Of a DNA stretch of 64,000 nucleotides, positions 40,378 to 48,659 are shown one piece after another; position 1 is the stretch's first letter, and every line of letters starts with the position of its first letter. The notes below the pieces were generated by a model, which was not told the origin of the DNA, made no database searches, and saw only the letters and a program-made list of their open reading frames with translations. Position numbers and translations under genes: made by a program. This stretch comes from Acholeplasma sp. (GTDB lineage: Bacteria > Bacillota_I > Bacilli_A > Acholeplasmatales > UBA5453): positions 1 through 64,000 of the forward strand of contig JAVBWN010000014.1 of the NCBI GenBank assembly GCA_036677365.1, written 5' to 3'.

Positions 40378-40836
40378 TTAATCAATAGATTCAAGAGTAA
40401 ACCACTCATTACCCGTTTTGAACTTGAATACAACTTCTTTTTCATCTTGGTATCTGCTTGTCAAATATGGTCCGTACTTAGCATTTATAAAGTCTACAAA
40501 CGAAAAAATATCGAAGCAATCAACTGGTTCTCTACTTATTAAGAAATATTTGTATCCTTTATCTCTTCTTTTATTAACAAAATATATAACATCTTCTTTT
40601 GAAGAACATGCACTCACGAACTTGTTTCTTAATATTTTTGGAAACACTTTATTTTTGACTGCTCTGAAGATATATGTCTTTTTCCTAAATTCGGGAAAAT
40701 CATGATACAATGATTCAAGCATTTTTCTATGCTGGTCGGTCGGATAGTTAGAACCAAGATATTCATTTAGATTTCTCGTCAAAACCAGTAGTCCAAGACC
40801 AACAAAGTAAGCATCATAATCAAAAGTATTGTCTAT
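40378..40836 (-). CDS. ADP-ribosyltransferase-like protein (R-S-E clade); ORF track start 40782, RBS suggests ATA start at 40836
   Basis: YIFRAV ... FVSACSS ... YQDEKEVV motif triad; GAGGA RBS 6 nt before an in-frame ATA. Confidence 0.55.
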   Translation of the reverse strand: MDNTFDYDAYFVGLGLLVLTRNLNEYLGSNYPTDQHRKMLESLYHDFPEFRKKTYIFRAVKNKVFPKILRNKFVSACSSKEDVIYFVNKRRDKGYKYFLISREPVDCFDIFSFVDFINAKYGPYLTSRYQDEKEVVFKFKTGNEWFTLESID

Positions 40837-40955
40837 AATAATTCCTCTTTTCTATTCAGAATACTGTATATAACCTTATTACCTAGATATTAGATTTTTC
40901 ATTTTCTGTTGTGTAAAAAAAGGGGTCATTATTAACTCTAATACCCCTAATTCAT

Positions 40956-41564
40956 TCATAATATTGATAAATAATACCACTTATCATCTAATAATTTGTC
41001 TCTAACATCCTTTGAAAGAGCAACAGATCTATCCGCGTTTGTTCTTTCATCATCTTGCTTAACAGTAATTAAATCAACAGTTTGAATATCCGAGATGAAA
41101 TCTGAGAGTAGCTCGATTTTTGCTTTTTGTGTCAAACTTACAAGACTTAATTCCTTCACCTTATTATTTATTAAACTTAATATATGTTTGTTGGAGGGAT
41201 TATGATCAAAGTGAAAAAATTTTCCAGAAAGCTCTCGCTGTATTGACCCTTTCGAGTTGCTAGAAAACATTGCCCAGTTTCTATCAAGTGTTTTTTTCAA
41301 TATACCTACCCTATCTTCTTCAATGGTAAAGGGTATATTTTTATTCCCTAATTCGATCAACGCTGAACCGCTAATCCTGCTTCGTACAAATCTAGTACTT
41401 AATTTCATCCACGAACCACATAAAGTCGAGTTACCACCTCCACCTTTAAGTAGCTCCATCAAAAATAAATCATCATATTTAGCATTAAATATCTGAAAAT
41501 AAAAAACAGCAGTATTTCTAATCCATACATCCCTAGACATATTACTTGAAATAGTTTTCCCCAT
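40956..41564 (-). CDS. Hypothetical protein, possible degenerate HNH-like subunit of the R-M-like operon
   Basis: Translationally coupled to the upstream gene; FHFDHNP motif. Confidence 0.5.
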   Translation of the reverse strand: MGKTISSNMSRDVWIRNTAVFYFQIFNAKYDDLFLMELLKGGGGNSTLCGSWMKLSTRFVRSRISGSALIELGNKNIPFTIEEDRVGILKKTLDRNWAMFSSNSKGSIQRELSGKFFHFDHNPSNKHILSLINNKVKELSLVSLTQKAKIELLSDFISDIQTVDLITVKQDDERTNADRSVALSKDVRDKLLDDKWYYLSIL

Positions 41565-42727
41565 TAATTTAACTCCTTATGTATACTTGATAATCTTGAC
41601 TTATTTAAAACAGTGTATACATGCATGGATATAGTCGGTTTCTTTTGACGAACTTTAGAAAACTCAAATGTAACATAACCTGCACTAATCTTAACATCGT
41701 TAATTTTAAGAAAGTATAAACTGTTAATGTCATACCGAGTAATTTTCGTCATTCCTCTTCCCTTTTTCTCATTGCTAGCATTATAAAGCATGGAAACCAT
41801 AACCCCATCAAATTTAGCACCTTGTGCATTTAAAACTAGTTTCAAATTATCAGGAGTGAAAACTGGATAATTATTTCTTCCAGCCATCCTAATTTCTGAA
41901 CCGGAAATATCAATGTTATCAAGCAAATGGGTAGAAGGTAAAGCGAAGATTTTACTGGAGTCTTGTAACAAATATAAATCTAGTTTCTTGGTTCTATATG
42001 TCGCAGATACCAATTCATCGGCAGTATCTTTATCAATTTCATTTCCGATTTTATAATTTGATCCGGCCATTTTATAAACATCTGTTACAGTATTGAATTT
42101 TTCTATGTACTTTAAAAATCCTGGTAACTCAGTCTTGATTTTTTCTGAAGGGATGAGCTTTCCATCTTCTTTGTAATCTAAATCATACTCTCCCATTTTG
42201 GCTTTTGAATCTTTAATCTCTAATCTAATTCTATAACCTTCATTAACGAATATTGCATCAATAGAGGATGAATCTCCATATTGAAGCAAAACTACACCAG
42301 ATTTTGAACCATGGTAAATATATCGTGGGAACTGACCTTCAAGTTCTCCACCTTTTGCTTTAATCAATGAAGTCAAAAGATGTGTAGGCACATTATCACG
42401 ATTATCGTCAGCATCAATAAAATATTCTAATTCTAACAGGTTTGCAACTGTCTGTATAACAAAGCATTCATTTAATATAGCAGGTTGTAATGCTTGCTGC
42501 TTTGAAAATTGCTTAGCAAACTCTGCTTGTGCAGCATTTGATACCTCCAGTGTTTTTTTTAATGATGATAATTCATTGATAAATGAATCGTAATCTGAAT
42601 ACAGTTGGAAATTTTCCTTATAAAAAACGTCTAATTTTCTAATGTTTGATTTAGAAGCCACTAACTTAGTTAACTTCCCATCATTATATATTTTGTTGAA
42701 TAGTAGAACTAACGCTTTATTCGTCAT
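41564..42727 (-). CDS. Putative PD-(D/E)xK restriction endonuclease
   Basis: E..V...SIDAIF....IRLEIKD motif; overlaps the MTase gene end. Confidence 0.55.
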   Translation of the reverse strand: MTNKALVLLFNKIYNDGKLTKLVASKSNIRKLDVFYKENFQLYSDYDSFINELSSLKKTLEVSNAAQAEFAKQFSKQQALQPAILNECFVIQTVANLLELEYFIDADDNRDNVPTHLLTSLIKAKGGELEGQFPRYIYHGSKSGVVLLQYGDSSSIDAIFVNEGYRIRLEIKDSKAKMGEYDLDYKEDGKLIPSEKIKTELPGFLKYIEKFNTVTDVYKMAGSNYKIGNEIDKDTADELVSATYRTKKLDLYLLQDSSKIFALPSTHLLDNIDISGSEIRMAGRNNYPVFTPDNLKLVLNAQGAKFDGVMVSMLYNASNEKKGRGMTKITRYDINSLYFLKINDVKISAGYVTFEFSKVRQKKPTISMHVYTVLNKSRLSSIHKELN

Positions 42728-44276
42728 GGCTCACCTCATAGTTTTTATGAAGTAGTTCCATGTCTTTCGCATACTTAGGAAACAATACCTCATTTATTTT
42801 GAGTCGATATTCTTCAGGGAACTTAATACTCTCTTGTTGTTCTCCTGCGTTTAATTTGTATGAAACATAGTCAGATTCCTTATCAATCATTGAAGCAATT
42901 GTATCTTCAATTTCTATTATTTTTTCAAACAATTCCTCATGATATGGTATAGAATAAAGTATTCGTTTCGAAAAGAGAATACCGCCATCTGAGAAACGCC
43001 ACCACATGTATGCGTAACTTGAGTTTAACAAAGAATATAACAAATCAAACGAAGCTTCATTCTTAGCATATATTATGAAGTATCCTTTTCTGTTTAAGGA
43101 TTTTTTACTAGCAAGTGTAAAATATCTTGCCGAAGTAGAGACGTACAACTTATAATCATTACTTTGAAGTAATGGCTCAAATTGAATAAGATCAGACAAG
43201 TATTTCACATCACCATGACTAATCTCATTTACCATTGGTTCAAGTTCTCTAAATGCTTTAATTGGTCGATCTAGCATTTGGACATTGGATCCTAATTTAC
43301 TTCTTAAAAACTCCAAATTTATAACTTCAAATCTTTGATCAGTTCTAAATCTAATAAGGTGTGTCAATTTAAACCCATTATGACCATTTCTCTTTAAGGA
43401 TGTAATTGAAGCTCTAACACCATTTGCTGAGTTTGTGTTAAATATACCATGCTTTTTTCCACTAAATAACGTTCCTGGAACATTATCAAATGAAAATATC
43501 TCACCATAGAAATTATCTGATAGTTTTGATCTAAGTTTTGAGAATTTAGCAGCAACAAGATACGACTGGGGAGATACTATAACTGCATTTTCACAATAAT
43601 TGATAATCTTGTTCATAAATGCCGCATACAAGTCCTTTGCTTGAAGTAATACATCGTCCACATTCCATGACTTATTAAATTGCTTAATCAATGCATATGG
43701 TGGATTAGTTATCACAGATACTCCTGCTGGAAGTGACACTCTTTTATCTAGGAAATCTGCATGTACAACATTTATTTTATGTGAGACTTCAACTTCGAGT
43801 AAAATATCTATCTTTTTCAAACATATATTTAACGCAATACCATCAGCGTCATATAGATATAATTTACCATCCATAATAAAATCAATCGGATCGATTCCTT
43901 TTGTATCTTTAAGCATACTTAGAACCTGTATGATTAGGTTTCCTGTACCACAACCAACATCTGCTATTGTTAGGATTTTGTTTTCTAATAATAACCTAGA
44001 CATGACAAGACTAACATCTTTTGGTGTATAGTATTTCCCCATATCCTTTTTCGAAATTTTATTTGTGTGTGCTAGTCCAATTTCATACAGTTCTCCGAGG
44101 TTATCAAAATCTAAGAGGACATTTTTGGACAACTCTACGATTCGTTTATCAGTTAGAAAACTTAGTATAACTTCCCAAGTTTTTGTCAATCCAATTTCAT
44201 CTATCATTTTCAAATAGTGGTCGATAGTAAAGGTGTTGATATTTATTTTTTGATTTGGTTTGACTGTTTTGCTCAT
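42717..44276 (-). CDS. N6-adenine DNA methyltransferase (gamma class)
   Basis: GKYYTP, DVGCGTGN, ITNPPY, DLYAAF, then a TRD-like C-terminus (SLLNSS). Confidence 0.88.
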   Translation of the reverse strand: MSKTVKPNQKININTFTIDHYLKMIDEIGLTKTWEVILSFLTDKRIVELSKNVLLDFDNLGELYEIGLAHTNKISKKDMGKYYTPKDVSLVMSRLLLENKILTIADVGCGTGNLIIQVLSMLKDTKGIDPIDFIMDGKLYLYDADGIALNICLKKIDILLEVEVSHKINVVHADFLDKRVSLPAGVSVITNPPYALIKQFNKSWNVDDVLLQAKDLYAAFMNKIINYCENAVIVSPQSYLVAAKFSKLRSKLSDNFYGEIFSFDNVPGTLFSGKKHGIFNTNSANGVRASITSLKRNGHNGFKLTHLIRFRTDQRFEVINLEFLRSKLGSNVQMLDRPIKAFRELEPMVNEISHGDVKYLSDLIQFEPLLQSNDYKLYVSTSARYFTLASKKSLNRKGYFIIYAKNEASFDLLYSLLNSSYAYMWWRFSDGGILFSKRILYSIPYHEELFEKIIEIEDTIASMIDKESDYVSYKLNAGEQQESIKFPEEYRLKINEVLFPKYAKDMELLHKNYEVSHDE

Positions 44277-44597
44277 ATTAAACCCACCTTCCCTTTATAA
44301 TCTTTACATTTAATTCATTATCATTTAGCCAACTTTTATTACAACAATATAAGTAGAATATATATAATTATATATATGCTGTCATCAATTAGATTTTATC
44401 ACAGAACCGTAGAATTTGCTATTTTTGTGTTCGAGTGTAATCGCTTAAACTATCAATGCACTATTCGAAACATAATCATGAGAATTCCGAATTCTAAAAT
44501 CTGTAAATGAACATACTCAATAATTACATTAATTTTTATATTCTACTCGATTTTTCCACTATTTACCACTCTTTCAACTAGTTGAAAAGGGTATCGA

Positions 44598-44636
44598 TTT
44601 TCCTATTTAAGACATCATAAACATGCATTATTGATT
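44598..44636. repeat. Intergenic 39-bp cassette-boundary repeat, copy I (array-proximal)
   Basis: TTTTCCTATTTAAGACATCATAAACATGCATTATTGATT. Confidence 0.85.
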
Positions 44637-44741
44637 AGATAAATTGTATCACAAAAGCCCTTGTAATTCTACCTTTAATTAAAATTAAAGCACCTTAAAG
44701 TTTATGATCACTCATCTTCATCAGAGACATCAATATTCAAC

Positions 44742-45242
44742 TTATTCAATATTCGGATACATTTCATAGTAACTATCAACGAAATCTTCAATATTTTTGA
44801 ATTCGTTAATAAACTTTTCATAGAGTTCTAAGGCGAATCCTTCTGCTTGTTGTTCTAATAGGTGTGTACCCCATTTATCACTTGAATCATCGTAGTTTTC
44901 GGCTTTAAATTCATGAATCATTTGAGTCATTTCATCCTCTGTGAATAGGTTATTTTTAACTCCCATACCATATCCAATCACAGCTGAGTATTGAACTGAA
45001 TGAAATGTTTCATGGAATGCACATTTGATGATTCTATCAGTCTGTGCAGTTCTAAGCCATTCACGATTGTACCGAATAACAAACATTTCCTTTTCGAAAA
45101 GACCTGAGTGATTGATTGACTTAAACATATCTCCATCGTTAATGAACACCCATAGTGCATCATCTACTTTCAAAAATTTTCTGGCAAAGTTGGTTGCTGC
45201 TATAACGAGTTTTTCATTTAAACTCCCATCACAATTATTCAT
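44742..45242 (-). CDS. Zincin-like metallopeptidase (ImmA/IrrE-like)
   Basis: AFHETFHSVQ (HExxH) and a distal EQQAEGFA. Confidence 0.65.
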   Translation of the reverse strand: MNNCDGSLNEKLVIAATNFARKFLKVDDALWVFINDGDMFKSINHSGLFEKEMFVIRYNREWLRTAQTDRIIKCAFHETFHSVQYSAVIGYGMGVKNNLFTEDEMTQMIHEFKAENYDDSSDKWGTHLLEQQAEGFALELYEKFINEFKNIEDFVDSYYEMYPNIE

Positions 45243-45401
45243 GTAATCACTCCTCCAATTACAGATGATTATACTACATGTTTTACTGAATTCAATTAAA
45301 ACTCATACGTTTTTATTCTCCAAAAATAATGTTTATAAAAGTCACTCTTAAAATCGGTTTTATCATAGATAAGTCATCACATTTGATAAAATATTTACTA
45401 C

Positions 45402-46487
45402 TCATCTGACAGAACACTTCTTATCAAATGTTTGTCTTAACTGCATCATTTCTTCGTTGTAACGTGCCAGGTAGTGTTCTTTACAATAGAGTTGTTGTTT
45501 CACTTCATCAATCGGAAACATCGCAATCGATTCTTTCTTTAGTTTTGCCTGGATTGTCTCATTTAATTTTAAGAGTTCTTTGAGCTCAGATGAGTTACTC
45601 CATTCAATACTTCGTTGATTCTTCTTGATTGCATTTGTTAAATACCCTAGTTTGTTATTGATCTTTGATTTATCTGTTTGGGATAGTTTTCTAAACTGGA
45701 ATAGAAAGTACTGAACGTGTTTCTTCAGTTCATCAAACTCATACGTTGTTTTTAAATAATTATCAAAGAAAGCATTCGTAGCTAATAGATTATCCATATC
45801 TCCTTCTTCAAGGTATTTAGAGTATACCAAGTATTTTGTTAATATATGAGACTTTGAAAACTCTTCATGCCACTGATTGGTTTTCAAATTTTCTAAAAAA
45901 TCATTGATTATTGATTCACTTGAAAAAGTGACTTTATCATATTTATCATATTTATCATTTCTATCATTTTGATCGATTGATTTGATATCTATTTTATTAT
46001 CTCTATACTCTATACTCTTATCTCTTAACTCTGGGGGGAAATTTCCGTGGACAATAGCGTGGACTTTTTCCACGCTATTGTCCATCAATTGTTTTTCCTT
46101 TTGCTTTCGTTTTACTTCTGCCCAACCGGTTTCTGAACCGACTAGTTTATCAAATCCTGTTATGCAAATAATGTTTGATTCATCTTCGTAAAGCAAACCT
46201 AGTTTCATCAACATATCTATCGCAACTCGAATGGTATCAATCTTAAAGAACATGAGTTCCTGGGTAATAGTTGTTAAATCATATATTAGTTCCATCTCAT
46301 TTACTTTTTGGATGAGTCTTCCATTGGAGTTGATTGATAACATGATAAGGTAAACATATATGCTAAAATACCAACCACCATCTGGTTGGCGCATTAGCAG
46401 CTTCATTTCCTTAGATTGCATCAGGTCCTGGCGGAGTTTGATCCAATAATATATTTCATTTCTTTTATCATTTCTCATAGATACCAC
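45402..46487 (-). CDS. Phage replication initiator (replisome organizer N-terminal domain)
   Basis: YYWIKLRQD...K.L..QPDG, VGSET.WA motifs; internal DNA repeats. Confidence 0.85.
   Translation of the reverse strand: MVSMRNDKRNEIYYWIKLRQDLMQSKEMKLLMRQPDGGWYFSIYVYLIMLSINSNGRLIQKVNEMELIYDLTTITQELMFFKIDTIRVAIDMLMKLGLLYEDESNIICITGFDKLVGSETGWAEVKRKQKEKQLMDNSVEKVHAIVHGNFPPELRDKSIEYRDNKIDIKSIDQNDRNDKYDKYDKVTFSSESIINDFLENLKTNQWHEEFSKSHILTKYLVYSKYLEEGDMDNLLATNAFFDNYLKTTYEFDELKKHVQYFLFQFRKLSQTDKSKINNKLGYLTNAIKKNQRSIEWSNSSELKELLKLNETIQAKLKKESIAMFPIDEVKQQLYCKEHYLARYNEEMMQLRQTFDKKCSVR
45933..46084. repeat. Putative phage replication origin inside the initiator gene
   Basis: Perfect 16-bp inverted repeat TGGACAATAGCGTGGA-N5-TCCACGCTATTGTCCA (46048-46084), next to AT-rich 9-bp tandem repeats TTTATCATA and CTCTATA repeats. 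Confidence 0.6.
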
Positions 46488-46513
46488 CTTGAACCAAATT
46501 GATTAATACACGA

Positions 46514-47668
46514 TTAAACACCATGTTTGAATAATTCCTTAAATATTTCACAAAGCACATCGATGACGATACCATTACCAGCAAATGTGTACAGTCTAGC
46601 ATCTGAGAACTTATCTATAATTAAGTCGATTCTATCATCTGTCCAACCCATCAATCTTAATGATTCTCTTGGTGTGATACGTCGTATCATTAAGGCTTTA
46701 TCTCTTTCGACAATAACTCCTAAATCACTGACTGTCCTTTTTATAGTTTGAATCTTTCCTTTTTGGACACACCCACGCTTTTGATGTGGACGGTTAATAT
46801 AGATGCCATCACCTAAATAAGCCTCCTTATAGCCCTTTAGCGTTGCTTCTGGAACGATAACGTAATTGTCTGTTGGTGTTGATCCTTTTCTTGTTGTAAT
46901 GGTAAATGCGTATCTACTCTTAGCGGTGTCATGTGGTTTAAACCTATTGCCTCTAATGAAACCATTTCTATCTGTTGGATCCGTGCAATATAGCAAGAAT
47001 GCTTCGCTTATGAAATACTTCTCATCTACTACTGGCTCAAGATAATCGATAAGATTTTTCTCAAGTGGAAATGCATTTGGAAATTCAAACTCAAAACTTG
47101 GATTCAATATAGAAACCAGGAATACTCGGTTTCTTGTTTGTGGTATACCATAATCTTTAGCATTTAGCTGTTTCCAGTAATTCTTATATCCTAATGCTTC
47201 TAAAAACCCTAACCACTCATTAAAACTATGAATGAATTTCTTAGATACAAGCATAGGTACATTTTCCATAAATAGATACTTTGGCAATTCATTTAATTCT
47301 TTTGACTTCATCAGTAATCTTTCAACTTCCCAAAGCAGCGATGATGCTGTATTTGAATTTCGATCCATTCCTTTCATTGAGCCTGCTAACGATATATCCG
47401 TACATGGAGCTGAATAGCACCATAAATCTGCTTGCGGAAGTCTTTCAACATTCGCAATATCCCCATAGTTTGGTATATTACCATGAAGGATTTTATGTGC
47501 TTCAATAGCATACTTATTTATTTCTGAAATACCCATCAGTTCGTGTTCAACGTTGTTTCTTCTCAAAGCTTCTGCATATCCACCAATGCCAGAAAAAAGT
47601 TCAACAACAGTCAAGTTTTGGATTCGCTTAAAAACAGGTGAATAATCACCATTTTTTATTGTATTCAT
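46514..47668 (-). CDS. C5-cytosine DNA methyltransferase
   Basis: ELFSGIGG, SAPCTD, ENV, PQTRNRVF, AGNGI. Confidence 0.93.
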   Translation of the reverse strand: MNTIKNGDYSPVFKRIQNLTVVELFSGIGGYAEALRRNNVEHELMGISEINKYAIEAHKILHGNIPNYGDIANVERLPQADLWCYSAPCTDISLAGSMKGMDRNSNTASSLLWEVERLLMKSKELNELPKYLFMENVPMLVSKKFIHSFNEWLGFLEALGYKNYWKQLNAKDYGIPQTRNRVFLVSILNPSFEFEFPNAFPLEKNLIDYLEPVVDEKYFISEAFLLYCTDPTDRNGFIRGNRFKPHDTAKSRYAFTITTRKGSTPTDNYVIVPEATLKGYKEAYLGDGIYINRPHQKRGCVQKGKIQTIKRTVSDLGVIVERDKALMIRRITPRESLRLMGWTDDRIDLIIDKFSDARLYTFAGNGIVIDVLCEIFKELFKHGV

Positions 47669-47682
47669 AGATGTAATTTCCC

Positions 47683-47886
47683 CTATTTATTTTTTAATGT
47701 ATCGATTGGTTTTTCTTTGACTTTAATCTCTTTTAATGTTAAAAACTTTTCTAGAGATTCTTCAGTTACCCTTAACTGATTCCCAAGTCTAATTGCTTTT
47801 AATTCTCCAGTGGCGATATACTTATTAATGGTTTTACGTGAGACGGACAACATCTCACATACTTCAAATACGCTATATATTTTCAT
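47683..47886 (-). CDS. Excisionase-like winged HTH protein
   Basis: YSVFEVCEMLSVSRKTI.KYI..GELKAIRLG.QLRV. Confidence 0.8.
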   Translation of the reverse strand: MKIYSVFEVCEMLSVSRKTINKYIATGELKAIRLGNQLRVTEESLEKFLTLKEIKVKEKPIDTLKNK

Positions 47887-48659
47887 GATCTTTTAGTTTT
47901 CCCATTTGCTTTCTCCAAAATTTCGTTGATATATCGGATACCTTTATCCGAGACAACGATTTGTGTTGTTTTCTTTTCTTTGTCTCCGATTTGGCTAATC
48001 CATGTGAAGTATCTGAAGCAACCATTCTCCACTAGACTTGCGGTTGGACGACAAAACTCATCAATGGCACCACTTTGCCTAAGATGACCTAATAATTGAG
48101 TATATGTAGTTTTGTACTTAAGTTTTTCATGCACTCTACGTAACGGAACCATCGAAGTGTTATCTGTAAACTCAAAGTAGAGCTTAGCACCTTCTTTTAA
48201 TTCTTCGAGTTGACCTTCTAAGACATTGATCTTTCTGGTTTTTTTCTCGAAACTAGATATCAATTCATCTTGTTCTTCTTGTGGTAAAATCATCCCTTTA
48301 GTATAACCACAGTAGGAAGTCTTCATATCGCTAATAATTGTTAGGATTGATTTTGCATAGTACTCTGCATCTTTTAACTTGGAGAAGTTTTTTATGACTT
48401 CAATATCCTCTTCGGCTACACCAGCTAATTTTTTAACATTTGCACCAAACTTAACATCAAAATAGTTAAGATTTCCCCTATACTTCTCAGGCAAATCTTT
48501 GATTTCCACATCAAATAATTTTTTCATATCATTGAGTTCAATAAAATAACAATGTAGTTTTTCGCTAAATATGATTCGTACGGTTTTGCCATTATAAACC
48601 GTGACCGTGAATACTTTATTTTTCATGTCTACCTTCCTTTTTGGTCTTAAGTATTGCAT
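47883..48659 (-). CDS. Antirepressor-like protein
   Basis: Bro-like N-terminal region, coiled coil and KilAC/ANT-like C-terminus (P....VENG.F...TT...V..KG..YI). Confidence 0.55.
   Translation of the reverse strand: MQYLRPKRKVDMKNKVFTVTVYNGKTVRIIFSEKLHCYFIELNDMKKLFDVEIKDLPEKYRGNLNYFDVKFGANVKKLAGVAEEDIEVIKNFSKLKDAEYYAKSILTIISDMKTSYCGYTKGMILPQEEQDELISSFEKKTRKINVLEGQLEELKEGAKLYFEFTDNTSMVPLRRVHEKLKYKTTYTQLLGHLRQSGAIDEFCRPTASLVENGCFRYFTWISQIGDKEKKTTQIVVSDKGIRYINEILEKANGKTKRS

Noticed and set aside
34077..44636. Repeats as a CRISPR array or classical integron attC sites
   Set aside because: Copies are kilobases apart and separated by genes, and no cas genes are present. There is no RYYYAAC...GTTRRRY long hairpin, and I could not see the IntI-specific insertion in the recombinase.
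34077..44636. Repeats as short coding peptides (minus frame reads VY[DE]V)
   Set aside because: Mostly no start codon or RBS, and lengths vary; fixed nucleotide spacing fits a DNA site better.
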